DNA of 64,000 nucleotides. Source: Lama guanicoe (Eukaryota). The number at the start of each line of letters is the position of its first letter. Position 1 is the first letter of the stretch. The notes beneath the pieces are model-generated. The model did not search any database. It was not told the origin of the DNA and saw only the letters and a program-made list of their open reading frames with translations. This document shows positions 1-12,161 of this stretch, piece by piece. A program made the position numbers and the translations under genes. Location: the NCBI GenBank assembly GCA_013239625.1, contig MU054323.1, positions 7,801,220-7,865,219 on the forward strand, given 5' to 3'.

Positions 1-1039
1 CTGTGAAGTAAAAGAAATGGAAGACTCTGAATAGCAGTGCCTCAGAAGTTGTGCTCTGACCCTTACAATGAAAGTTCTGTGCCAGATTTGCCATTAATGA
101 GCTCTGTATGACAGGAAGTAAGTCATTTTGTGAGATACTTACCCAGTGTCTTGTTCGTCGTAAGCCTTCAGGAATTGTTTATGATAGGATAAAGCATATG
201 ATATGGCTCTATGACCATGGGATGAACTGAGACACCTCCCACTTTCCCAAGGAGCATGCTTGAGGAAAAATAGTTGGTTGCTTTTCAGGTAGCTATTGTA
301 CTTTTACTTTGCTGAGTGTGTATAAACTTGAGACCATAGCTGAATGGTCTGGGAAAAAAAGAAGGAATTTCAGAAGCTGTATTGTACGAGAGATGAAGAG
401 AAGAGACCTGACCATAAGGTAATAAGGGAGAAGGCTCCTAGAGGAGGAACAGGTTTAGCTAGTCAAATGGAGGGATCTAATTAAGTTGTGCATTGTGGTG
501 AGTGGTGTAATTCTCTTCTTCATCTTCCCATGAAGTCTTTAGTAAAATCTCATTAGTCATAAATACTGCTGAATTTGAATGTATTGGGGGGATGCAAAGT
601 GTTCAGTTTGGCCTTGTTGTTTAAAGGGAATAAGAGCAGAGTCAATCATCTTCTGGTTGTATTATGAATTTAAAAATGACAAGGTTAATCTGTGACCATG
701 TGGACAATTCCAGCCCTAATGTTCTATGATTCTATGTATGTAAGAGACAGAATGTTGCCAGGAAATTCTGATGCAGTAGGTTGGGGTGGGGCTTGGGAAT
801 TCCCTTTAAAAATATTTTTTCCCCAGGTGACTGTTATGCACACTAACATTTGGGCATCATTGTACACATACTCATCATATTCTATAGTTAAATGTTTAAT
901 CACCCACAGAAAAATCACGCTCCTCCCCAATCTCCAGCATGCCACATTGTTGACAGAAGCGACTAGGGTGTGATCAGAGAATATAAACTCACATTAATAT
1001 TGTTCTAAGTAAAACATGTTTACAAAAACAATGTTGTAT

Positions 1040-2325
1040 CAGTGGGGGAAGAATACAACCAGTAGTGCTGGGACAGCTGGATAGCTACACACAAAAGAAT
1101 AAAGTTGGATCCCTACCTCACACTATATTAAAAATTACTTAAAATAGATCATAGACCTAATGTAGGAGCTAAAGACTATAAAATGGTTCAAAGACAAAAT
1201 AGAAGTAATTCTTCTTGACCTTGTATTAGACAGTTTTTTCAGACATGATGTCAAAAGCACAAGTGAGAGGAAAAAATGATAAATTAGACACTATCAAGAT
1301 GTAAAATATTTGTGTTTCAGTGGACGCCATTAAGAAAATAAAAAGAAAACCCACAGAATAGGATAAAATACTTGCAAATCATGTATCTGATAAGAAATTT
1401 GTACCCAGAATATATACATAACTCTTACAAATTAAAAAGACAACATGATTCAAAACTGGGCAAAGAATTTGAATATACATGTCTCCAAAGAAGATATACA
1501 AATGGCAATAAGCACATAAAAGGATGTTCGACATCATTAATCACTAGGGAAATGCTACCCAAAATCACAATAAGATACCAGTTACCAGTTCACCAGCTAG
1601 GATAGCTAAAATAAAAAAGACAGACAATAACATGTATTGCTGAGGGTGTGGAGATGCTAGAACCCTTATATGCTGCTAGTAGGAATTTAAATAGTGCAGC
1701 TACTTTGGAAAATAGTTTGACACTTCCTTGAAAAGCTAAGCAGGAAATTAGCATATAGCTCAGCAATTCCACTCCCAGGTACGTATCCAAGATAATTGAA
1801 ACATATATCTGCATAAAAACTTGAACATAAATGTTCATAGCAGCATAATTCATAATAATCAAAAAGCAGAAACAATAGAAATGTACATCAGTGATGAATG
1901 TTTAAGCAAAATGTGGTATGTTCACAGAATGAAATTGTCATCCATAAAAGGAATGAAGTACTGATTTATGCTACCACATGCAAGAATCTTGAAAACATGA
2001 TATTAAGTGAAAGAAGCCAGTCACAAAAGGACACATGTTGTATGATTCTATTTATATGAAATGTCCAGAATAGGCAAATTCATAGAGAAAGAAAGCAGAT
2101 TAGTGGTTGCTAGGGGTTAAAGGAAGGTTGTAGGGGGAGCAGGGTTGGAAAGTGATGGCTAACAGATACAGTTTCTTTTGTGAGGAGTGATGAAAATGTT
2201 CTAAAATAAGAAGGTGGTAATAGTTGCACAACTCTGTGACTATACTAAAGACCACTGAATTGTACACTTTAAAGGGTGAATTTTATGGTATATGAATGAT
2301 ATCTCAACAAGGTCATTTTTAAAAA
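1040..2325 (+). mobile_element. Old L1 (L1MB-like), ORF2 3' end plus 3'UTR
   Basis: Diagnostic L1 motifs (cagcaattccactcccaggt, agtgaaagaagccagtcacaaaagg, gaattgtacactttaaa). Explains the ORF-track hits at 1372-1875. Confidence 0.9.
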
Positions 2326-2418
2326 TGTTGCATGTACAGTATGATCATACAAAAATTCTTACACAAAATGAAACATTTTATATTATGCATTCCACTGCTC
2401 AACCAACCATATACACAC

Positions 2419-2790
2419 TGTATTAGCCAGGACGTCTTTTGCAAGTGACAGAAATCCAGCTTAAACTGGTTTAAAAAAAGAATAGAAAGTATTGGCTCAC
2501 ATAGCTGAAAATTACCAGGGTTGTTGACTTTAGGCATAACTAACTCTAGAAGCTCAAATGATGTAATCCCAGAACCCCATTCTTCCCAGCCCTCAACTCT
2601 GCTTGCCTCTGTGTTGGCTTAATTCTCAGGCAGACTCTCCTCAAGTGGTGGCAAAACGGTCACCAGTGTCTATGAGATTACAACCTAATTTAGCAGGGAA
2701 AGAAAATGCTTTCCCCAACAAAAATCCAGGACAAGACTTTGTTGTGGCCTGGGTCATGTGTATGGCCAGGGGTGCGTATTGACCCCGCAT
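2419..2790 (-). mobile_element. ERVL-MaLR (MLT1-type) LTR remnant
   Basis: Starts tgtattagccaggac...gcaagtgacagaaatccagcttaaactgg, typical of old MLT1 LTRs. Confidence 0.7.
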
Positions 2791-3290
2791 TATGGTAGGG
2801 GACAAAATACAATGAGGTATTGTTGATGCTATAAATTTCAAAATTGGATTATTTAGAACAAGTCACCTTTGGGTGTTTTGGAAAAGAGGGATGGATACCT
2901 GGAACTAACATTAATTCACTTAGAACAAATGGGTCAAAACTCTTAACTGAAAAAGATAGATTGTAAAAATGGCAGATAAGGGTTATGCTTGGCATTTTGC
3001 ATTTTGATTTTTGCAAGGCGCTAGACAAGTCTTTCACGATATCTTTGTTAACAAAGGCTGGATAACTGGTGTCATGGTTCATTGATCAGCCATTTCCAAG
3101 GATGACTGATGAATGGGTCAACTTAGTGAATCTAGGTGGGTCACAGAGATGTGCTCTTAGTCCTGACCTGGTCAACCTGTTTATTAACTACTTAGATACA
3201 GATACAGAAATAAGGCTTATTGTGTAGAGGGAGGTTACAGGACTAAGAGCAGTTAATTTGCTGGATGTCAGAGGCAAGATTCAAAATAAT

Positions 3291-3734
3291 TTTCTTTTAA
3301 TTTTTCTTTTGGATAATTTGAAACATTCACAAATGTAGAAATTACAGTATAACAAACTCCATCTACCAGTCATCCAGCTTCGACAATTTTCAACTCATGG
3401 CCAATCTTGTTTCTCCTATTTCCACCTCCCAACTTTCCTTCCCTCATTTTATTTTGAAGTAAATCCCAGACATCCTATGTGTTAAGAACAAAACTCTAAC
3501 ACTATTATCATACCTAAAAAGAAAACTCAGTAATTCCTTAACATCATAAAATATCCATTAAAAAATTTCCAATTGTCTCATAAATATTAAAAAAAAAATT
3601 TTTGTAGTTCATTTGTTTAAATCAGCGTCCAAACAAAGCCCATACATTGTGATTTGTCGCTATGTGAAGTCTCTTTTATTCTACGAGTTGCCCCATTTGC
3701 CACTTTTTTCCTTGCAATTTATTTGTTAATGACC
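3291..3734 (-). mobile_element. Old L1 (L1ME-like) 3' fragment inside L3
   Basis: T-rich start and L1ME-like 3'UTR. Flanked by the direct repeat CAAAATAAT at 3282-3290 and 3735-3743. Confidence 0.75.
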
Positions 3735-3902
3735 CAAAATAATCTTGATAACAAAATGATAGCACAGATAAACAGATGCAATACTAAATTTGGATGTTAT
3801 AAAATCAGCTTTAACAGTAGAAAATGTGGGGAACACCTGCAGTTCATGAATAAAGCTCTAGGAGTTTCAGTTGGCCAAAAACCTAAAATAGTCAACACTA
3901 TG

Positions 3903-4326
3903 AGAAAGAAAAATGCCAGATGACATCATTCATATGAGGAATCTAAAAACTAAAAACAATAATAATAAGGACACAAATGAGCTACTTATTATTTATAACT
4001 AAGATGATTGATTTCTTGAATATGTGTAAGCACATTTGACTGTCCTTTATGATTGGATTACCGCATCCTGTTGATTCTTATTTTGTAGTTGGCTTTATTC
4101 CTTTGATAACTATGTAAGATTAAAAAGCTAAAGCTCTAATCTGTTCTTAGAAACAATAATCAGTACATATACGTAAACTACAAAGAATGTGCAGTATACT
4201 GTATATATGTATTTACATTCAATATAATGTGTATGTGTAGTCGAACTGTAATAATTCTATACAATAAAACTGAAAAAGGAGAAAAAATTTCAAATGAAAT
4301 AAAATATAGGTACATGTGAAAAAAAA
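3903..4326 (+). mobile_element. L1 3'-end insertion with an atypical tail
   Basis: Begins with L1 sequence (agaaagaaaaatgccagatgacatcattcatatgaggaatctaaaa...ggacacaaatga) and ends in poly(A). TSD AACACTATG (3894-3902) / AAAACTATG (4324-4332). Confidence 0.7.
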
Positions 4327-5014
4327 ACTATGTTGCAGTTGCCGAAGTCCTAACGTATATTAGGTTACATTCACCTCAGTACATATGCACACCACGAGAT
4401 GTGGTGGACCTTTCTACCAGCTCAAACCACGCCGGGAATATTGTCCCAATTGTGGCTTCTAATCCAGTTTTTCAGAGGGACTGAAAACTGCTGTGCTTAG
4501 ACAAAGCCCTGATCCTGGTAAGAGAGCTGAAACACCCTTCCCTTGGCCAGAGAGGGGCGAGGGGAGGAGGGAATGGTGGCGCCAGCTATTTATTTGGGTG
4601 TGGGAGACTCAAGGCAGTGGGTCCTTAGAAACTGGGTATGTGCAACAAGATGCTGGGAGAAGGGGCCCTGGAACATTCTCATTCAGGAGTTTTGAAGCTA
4701 AAGAAAGGGAAGAAGCAGCTCATGGGTTAGTGAGAGATACACAGAAATAATCAGGTGCAAATGTGTGGTGGTAGCCAAGAGGACAAATTAAGAGTGTGTA
4801 GAATCATGGAGTCAGGACAGTGGTGTCGTGTGGGCTGGGCTGGCAGATGATCAGAAAATGACTGGCCCTGTGGGAATCATGGGAAAGTAGGTCTGAATGC
4901 CTGGAATCAAGACATAAGAGCTGGGCCAGCACTTGGTCTCAGGCCTGAAAGCTTTGATGTCAGTCCAGTTTGAGCAGGAGCCAGTCCCCAGGCAGAGCAA
5001 AGGAAACTGATGAG

Positions 5015-5200
5015 TGTTGTGTGCCTACTAAGTGCTATATGAACTCAACTTTGTCTGAGCCTCACAATAAACCTGCAAGGTGGGTATTTTATTCTTACTG
5101 TACAGATATAAAAACTGAGTCTCATAGAGGTCAGTTATTAGACCAAGGTCACACATGCCTAAGTGGCAGCAGCGCCAAGATTCAGAGCAGGCTGGCCTGA
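5015..5200 (-). mobile_element. MIR SINE
   Basis: Core tacagat...aaactgagtctcatagaggtcagtta...ccaaggtcacac. Confidence 0.8.
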
Positions 5201-6217
5201 GGGACGCAGCTGGCATCAGGGAGAAGGCTAACCTTAGTGACTTAGCAGTGGGGTCAATGTCTGTATCCTCCAGTCACAGTGCCTGGGCACCATCACCTGG
5301 GAAATGTATTGTGTCAGCATTTACTATAGCTTCACATCCAGACCAAGAAAAGGGTATGATACGAGGACAATGAGCATTCTCTGCAAAAACACAGACCAAG
5401 AATTTGGTCTTCAGATTGTCTCAACCCTGGTCTCTTCTGGGCTTGAGTGTGGAATCCTCCTCTCTAGGAGAGGGGAGGTGTCTCTGTTTTCTTCTGCTTT
5501 TCTCCTAAAGCAAATCGCAGAGTCACCAAAAGAAGGAAGACTACCTTTGGTAGATGGCAGGAGATGCTGGGGCCCAGCTCATCCTCTCCACCCAGCAACA
5601 GGCTCCTGAGCCCTGTCCGTATCGCCAACAGCTCGGGGGCAGTCTTTCAGCTCCCTTCAGAGCTAAAATTTCAAGCAGGAGGGTGCTGCTCTGTGGGACA
5701 AGGGCTGTTTGAGGGTGGGAACCCCAGGTGAGAGTAAGGGAGCAAGCAGCCACCCACTGAGGAGGATGCTGGGACAGGGCAGGGCCGGGCTGGGCCAACT
5801 GGTTCAGCCCAGCCGGGAAAGGGCAAGTCAGATCTGGCTCAGCAGTGGGGGTTGGGTGGAGGAGTGGTGCTGACTCAGGGCCTGGCAAGTCAGGTGACAG
5901 CCAAGGACAGCTGTTGCCTGGGTGTTTTTAGAAAACTTTGGCTGCCAAAGGCTCTCTTATGGGCTGCTTCTGCACCTACTCAGAAGCGGGCAGAGAAAAT
6001 GAGGGCATCTTCTTTATAACAAGCTGCAGGCGTGGGGAATTAATAATCTGCCGATAGCCTGTTGATTCTTGCCTTAATATACCTAGAAAACAGGAGCAGA
6101 AATTAGTCAGGAGTCTTTTGAATTCCCTTTGACTCCTCTGAAAATCACTAATCTTTCCCTCTTAGATCTTTTTAGGTAGCTTGCCAGGAATCCAGCCTAG
6201 AAGTTAGGAGAGCAGCT

Positions 6218-6630
6218 GCTGAAATCAGGAGGGCCTGGGACCCAAACCTAACTTTATCACTTACTATTTGTATGGGTTTGATCAAGTTTTAAAGAAAACA
6301 AAACATACTTCTAATTATGGAAAAATTCAAATACATACAAATTAGACTTAATAGTATCATGAATTTCCATATACCTGTTATCCACCTTGAACAATTTTCA
6401 ACCCATGGGCAAGCTTATCTCATCCTCATCCTGCTCATCTCCCATCCTTCCAGTTATTTTAAAGGTGATCCCAGGTATCATTTCATTCCATCCCTCTTTT
6501 CATCTGTTTTCCTCATCTGAAAATGGGGATTATAGTAGTCCCTAGCTCAAAGAATGAATGTGAGGTCATGCATATGAAGGGCCAGCACAATGCAGAAACT
6601 TCATGAATGACAAATTGTATTATTAGATAA
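6218..6630 (+). mobile_element. MIR SINE interrupted by an L1ME-like fragment (~6290-6492, minus strand)
   Basis: MIR halves at 6218-6290 and 6493-6630 (ttcctcatctgaaaatgggga). The insert resembles 3291-3480. Confidence 0.7.
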
Positions 6631-7029
6631 AATATAAAAATAGGAAGTGTCTCTGCTGCCCTCCCATCTCTATTCCTATACCCCTTTGTCCTCCTGGTGA
6701 CCCTTCCTTCCAGCATCTGAGTAATCCTGCCCTGTCAGCACTAAGTCCACTGCTGACATCACAACAGGGTTAGGATGACTGTCTAGTTGTCCAGGACTTG
6801 GGACAGGCTGGGAACACAAGGTGCCTGTGACCTAGGGAGGGGGCTGGAGGGAGGCAGTGGAGACATGGGAAAGAGGGATCAAAAATACAGCATCCTTGGG
6901 AGAGAGACTGGCAGACAGGGGCCAAGTTTGAGCGGAGGCACGGCAGGTCCAAGTGGCAAGGGCAGCAGAAGATGGGAAACAGAAAGTGGACATGGGGGGA
7001 GTGTCAGGCAAAGTTTGAGTCACCATAGG

Positions 7030-7616
7030 AGTCAGTAAACTCAGGAGTCAGTTGCAACTCAGACTGACTTTTCAAATAGAAGCAGAAAATAAATTTATTG
7101 AAAGGCTATTGGGAAGCTCTCAGAATTACTGGGAAGCCTGGAGAACGAGGCTAAGGAATCGGGGTGCAGATACGGCCACACATACAGTGTGTTGAGGCCA
7201 GACGATGAGGTCATCACTGTCCCCTCTGGACACCAAGGAGATTCTGCACAGCCTGTAGCATGACCGTGGCCAGCATGGGACGGAGGTACCACCTGGCTCT
7301 GGGGCCCAGAGGTGCCCAGGAAACAAGTGCTGCTGCGGTACCCCACTGCCTTCTCAGTGCACATCCCACCGTGCCTGCTTCCTTGTGTCCTTTGCCCCTG
7401 TGTCAAGGTTTTGGGTTGGTTCTTCGGACAGGCAGAGCCCAGCTCATATCTGCAGAGCCTAGATTTGTGTTTGGGAGTGTGATGGGGGTGGGTGCTGAGG
7501 AAGGGAATACAGTGGGAAGAGGGCTCTGTGTACTGAAACTTATGGTGGAGAGTTTCCTAGTCAAAGGAAAGAAGTTCAATTCTGGGCAGCCAAAGACCTG
7601 ACAAATGTCTGTCGCA
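7030..7616 (-). mobile_element. ERVL-MaLR (MLT1-type) LTR remnant
   Basis: aatttattgaaagg...gggaagctctcagaat and terminal tgggcagccaaa...acaaatgtc motifs. Explains several spurious ORFs. Confidence 0.65.
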
Positions 7617-8631
7617 TGAGGAAGTGAGTGTGAATATAGGTGAAGGGTGGGGAACAAGCACTGGTAGGAACAAGGCAAAGAAGCAGGATCTCCATTTGGT
7701 TGTCAGAACACCAGAGCCTGGAGGTGGGGCCAAAGGTAATGGAACGTTGGATGCACAAGCTACATGGGTGAGAGGGTGGCTTCTTCCTGGGGGTATTTTG
7801 GACAAAAGAGATGGCTGAGTTCAGATATTATCTTGACAGTGTCTAACTCAGTTGGTATGTAGCATGAGAGCTTTTGATACCCCGTGCTTCCACCCTCTTT
7901 CTGGATCAGGAAGGAGGTGGGGCAGCCTGCAAATAACTGAGTGCTTAGTCCGAAAAGCTGGAACCAGACAGGACTGGTCAAGGGCTGACAGGTGACAGCT
8001 GAGAGCAGAGCACAAGCTTTGTGAACAGACAAGTCCATGAAGTCTGAGCATCTGCGATCAATCAACGTGATTAAATAAATCTGTCACAAATTTTAAAATT
8101 TGTGTAACTACCATTATGCTATGGGGCAATCAGGTGTAAAAGCAAACAGCCAGAATCTGTATTCTTATTATCAAACCAAACCAAATACTTAGGGTTCTCT
8201 TTCTCACTTTGCCATTCTTCTGGTATCTGTAGGAGTATCGATACCAATTTTGTCTATCTTTGTACAACTTTAGTCCCTTTCTCACTTTTGTTTAAAAATC
8301 TAGATCTAGGAGGCAGAGCACTGACTTAATCCTCAGCACACTGACCACTGACGTCTTTAGTCTGTGCAATGTCCCTCTCGTTTTATTTCACTTTATATTT
8401 TTCCCTTCTTCCCCTCTCATTGCCTTCCCCCTCCACAGGTTCCCTCTCTAGTGTGTTTGATGCATGTTATTAAATATGTATGAAACATCATAAAATATAG
8501 GTTTGTATGCTTTTAATTTACATGAAAGCCATTGTACTATACATCAATTTGTTTCCTTTGTTTCAGGTCTTTATGTTGCTGAATGCACAGCTAGTTAGTA
8601 GTTTAATATTATTATACAGTGTTCCACAGCA

Positions 8632-8978
8632 TGTGGGGTAGGCCATGGGCAGGCCTGCTGTAGGTCCAATAGTACAACAGGAATTTTATTGCATAGTAGA
8701 TGGTAGACCCTTGAATGCTGCCTGAGCCCCTCCCCAAACCTAATCTTATAAAAACTTAGACCTCAATTTGAACTCATTAGAGGCCAGTTTTCTTCCTCTG
8801 AATGGCTTGCACTAATCATCAGAATTTGGGCATGTTTCTGTGAGAACTAGGAAGGCCTTGTTCTTTGTGTATTTGCTTATTAATAAACTGTAGTGGTAAC
8901 AATCTTGATTTGGGTCTGAGTTGTCATATTAGCCAATTTTCAAACCCAAGCCAATGCTTTAGGATCTGGACTAACTCA
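8632..8978 (+). mobile_element. Probable solo LTR inside an old minus-strand L1 fragment (~8385-9260)
   Basis: TG...CA ends, TATAAAA 8747-8753, AATAAA 8882-8887. L1 sequence is colinear on both sides. No clear TSD. Confidence 0.55.
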
Positions 8979-9379
8979 GTTTGCATTCATTACATTTTAT
9001 TTACTCATTCTCCTAGTAACAGACACTTAGATTGATACTGACATCTAGCTGGTACAAAGAAAAGCCGTGATGAATCTATATGAGAACTTCTCTTGGCCAC
9101 GCCTAAGAGCGGTATTGTTGAGTCACAGGCATGCACATCATTGATTAAATGTTGTCTGATTGCTTTCCAGGATGACTGGACCAAACTATACTCCCATCAG
9201 CTATGTATGGAAGTTCTTGTCTCTCCATATCCTCACCAACACTTGGTGTTATCCATGGATTAATAGAATGCATTTCATGTCTCCAAATCATGTGATTTTT
9301 TTAAAACTTACGTCCCTCTAGATTTGCTTTTTTCAACAAGTCAGTGATCTGCAAATGGAAAACGTTTTCTCAGTTCTTG

Positions 9380-9600
9380 TGGTGGTAATAACATTTCTGA
9401 ACAGTAACTAAAGGCCAAACACTGTGTCTTATTTAATACCCACTCAACCATATGGTAGTTTTTATCTTATCCCCACTTTACAGAGGAGGAAACAGGTTTA
9501 GAGAGATTAGGTAATTTACCCAAGGTCTCCAGCAAAGTGACAGGTATAGAATCTTAGGTCCAGCCAACTCAAGGCCCATGTTTATAACTACTGTGCTGGA
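9380..9600 (-). mobile_element. MIR SINE
   Basis: ttatccccactttacagaggaggaaacagg...cccaaggtc core. Confidence 0.8.
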
Positions 9601-9929
9601 CCAATTGCTCCAACAGAGGTGATTAGAGATTCATCTACTGGAGTTGATGGTGTAAAGTTTTTTTACTAAGGGCAGGTGTCAGCTACCTTCAGCCACTGAA
9701 TTTCTTTCTTTTGGTCTCCTTTCGATGATTCCATCCATTAAACCTTCACAACTCAAGTCAGTTCCAATTCTTGCTTCTCCCAATTTTAATGTTTCATTTC
9801 TCCCTCTGACCTATTCCCGTTCTAGTCCAGCTTCCTTTGGTACCATTTTTCTTCCAGGATAAGTATTCTAACATAATTTTCTGCTTTCTTTTTCCTTATG
9901 GTGCAATTCATCACTCTTAACCTCTTAGA

Positions 9930-10165
9930 AATAATAGTAATCATTTATGTTTGTGTAGTGTTTTACACTGTATAAGGTATATTTACTTTCATTATCTTAT
10001 TTAATTTTTAAAACAATCTCATGAAGTGCTCTATCTTCTTGACATAAGAGGAAAACAAGCATCGTGAGGTTAAATGAGTCACAGAGCCAGTCAGTAGCAG
10101 AGCTGCTTCTTGAGTCTATAGTATCTGGCTCCAAGTTCAGCATTCATTCCACTGCATCACAGTTG
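9930..10165 (-). mobile_element. MIR SINE
   Basis: MIR tail and core (gaggttaaatgagtcacagagccagtcagtagcagagc). Confidence 0.75.
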
Positions 10166-10646
10166 CTCCATGAGTCCTAACAGTATTTCTTGTTCACAGA
10201 AATAAACTCTATTATGGAGTTAGGAGAGCTCTTCATGTGCTTTCTAAATTAACAAAATATTGCTCCAAAGGTGTTACCTTCCCATTCCCGTCTTCTTGAA
10301 TTTTAACTTTTTCCCCAGCATTTTGAAAATGTCTCCAAATTAGTATTGTCTTCCAAGAGAAAAAAAAAAAAAAGCAAACCTGTCTGAGTTTCATTTGCTT
10401 TTTCCTTCAATAAACGTTTTGACTTTCTGGTATGTTCAAGGCACTAAGCAAACTGATGTATACAATAGCCACAGCCCCTGGGGATGTTCCAGTTTGAGAA
10501 AATAAGATATGGATGTAAATAACTTTCAGGAAATGTGTCATAAGAAATGTCTAAATAAAGAGTTATGGGAAGAAGAATAGCCACATGGTTATTCACCAAG
10601 ATGCCAATAGTGGTTATCTGTGGGAGTAGAATTTTCAATAATTAAA

Positions 10647-11273
10647 TTAAAAAAAATTTTTTTGGGAGGGAGGTAATTCTTGTGGGACACAGCAGGGTGT
10701 CTGGTCAGTGACATGGTGACACGTGGGTTGGTAAAAGAATTTACTAGAGATAAAGTATGAGAATGGAAAAGGAGTTTATTAGGGTATGCTGCTATAGGCA
10801 ACAGCCGGCCACACAGGTGAGGGGTGCCTGCGTGAGCAGTGAGCACCGAGGGCCGGTTGTTGGCATCTTTTATAAGGTCAACTCACAAGGTGCCTGATCG
10901 GCTTGTGCGCAAATCTCTGATTGGTCGCAGGTGAGGTAGGAGGTTTAGGGTCCATGAAGGGCTGTGGGGTTTGACTCAGATAACGTGGGCTGAAACAGGC
11001 CAGCTTGGGCTATTGTGAGATTAGGCATACAGGGCTGTTATAATTTATTAGAGGAAACATGCCCAGTAAAGAAAGTACTTTATCTATTGAAGGATCACAG
11101 GCAGACATCTGAGAGCCCAGAAATGGGGGTCCTTGGACTTGGAAGGACGTCAGTGGGCCCAACAGTAATTAGGTTTATTTATGTGTTTATTTATTTAATG
11201 GAGGTACTGGGGATTGAACCCATGACCTCATACATGCTAAACACACACTCTACTGCTAAGCTATACCATCCCC
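10647..11273 (-). mobile_element. tRNA-derived SINE (Vic-1-like), interrupted by an LTR
   Basis: Head at 11170-11273 and tail at 10647-10677. TSD TCAATAATTAAA at 10635-10646 and 11274-11285. Confidence 0.9.
10678..11164 (-). mobile_element. Solo ERV LTR (487 bp)
   Basis: Minus strand TGTTG...CAAGA (CAACA with one substitution). 5-bp TSD GTAAT at 10673-10677 and 11165-11169. CCAAT 10920-10924, TATAAAA 10868-10874 and AATAAA 10775-10780 occur in U3-R-U5 order. Confidence 0.85.
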
Positions 11274-12002
11274 TCAATAATTAAAATTTTTGTTTTGCCT
11301 ATCTGTAGGTTCTAAGTTTCTAAAAATAAATATGTATTATTTGTGGAAATGAAAATGGGGAAACATACTTGATTTTTAAAAGTGCTATGGGAGTTTAAAG
11401 AAGAAATTCCTTCTTTCGAGAGTGCTGGGAAGGACAGGCTAGGGTGAGGACGTAGACACTGAAGGAATGTAGTTGGGGTGAGCAGAGGGCGCATTTTACA
11501 TTCAACTAAGCATGAAATCAAGACGCTATATAGTCACTGTGAGAAGACAACTAATTCAGCCTGTCTAGAGACTAGTGTGTGAGAGAGAGAGTAGAAAAGA
11601 TAAAGTTAACTGGCCAGGGCCTGGAGCCCTTTTAGTGTCAGCTGAGGAGGCCAACACTTCAGAACGGAGTTATCACTGGAGGAGACTAGAACAAACACAA
11701 CCTATGTGCTGGGGAAGGTTCAGGAGGCAATACTCTAAAAGGAGGTAAGACTAAAGATATTCAGGCAGAGTAGGCAGGCTAGGGTGATAAGAACAGTGGT
11801 AGCCTCTGGGCAATCAGTCCTCAGCATCAGGAAGGTCAAAGACCTCAAGGGAGGCCCTGAGGGAAGCATGGGAGTGTGAACCATGCAGTTGTGAATAGGC
11901 AAAGTTCCAGAGACCAGAGGGGTACTTTCTACAGCAAGGTGATGATGTAGCAGTAGCAGTGGGGCTGTCATTCAAGGGAAGAGTCCATTCTTTTTTTTTT
12001 TT

Positions 12003-12161
12003 AAGGGAAAGTGTGAACGGAGCCCCCCCTCCCAATTATGCAGTTGAGTTTCCCACATTTGGGGAAATCGCAGGGGTCAGCACATCTGGAGTGCAATGCA
12101 TAAGCCTCTCCCTAGGAAAACCACCTTCGTGATCATGGTATCTCCCCTGCCAGGTAAGTAT
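12003..12161 (-). pseudogene. Retroposed U1 snRNA pseudogene
   Basis: Minus strand reads ATACTTACCTGGCAGGGGAGATACCATGATCACGAAGGTGG..., near full-length U1. Poly(A) appears as the T-run 11991-12002. 14-bp TSD AAGAGTCCATTCTT (11979-11992) / AAGAATCCATTCTT (12162-12175). Sm site degraded. Confidence 0.95.

Larger units (their letters stand above)
2800..4495 (+). mobile_element. L3/CR1 LINE reverse-transcriptase remnant, split by two L1 insertions
   Basis: Degenerate CR1 RT motifs (DFxKAxDKVxHDI-like ~3005-3050, LxPxLxNLFINxLD-like ~3150-3200). Continues at 3735-3902 and 4327-4495. Confidence 0.7.

Noticed and set aside
10673..10682. Apparent 6-bp TSD plus two extra bases, suggesting an unprocessed integrase end
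   Set aside because: More simply a 5-bp TSD and a TGTTG/CAACA-ended LTR with one C>G substitution.
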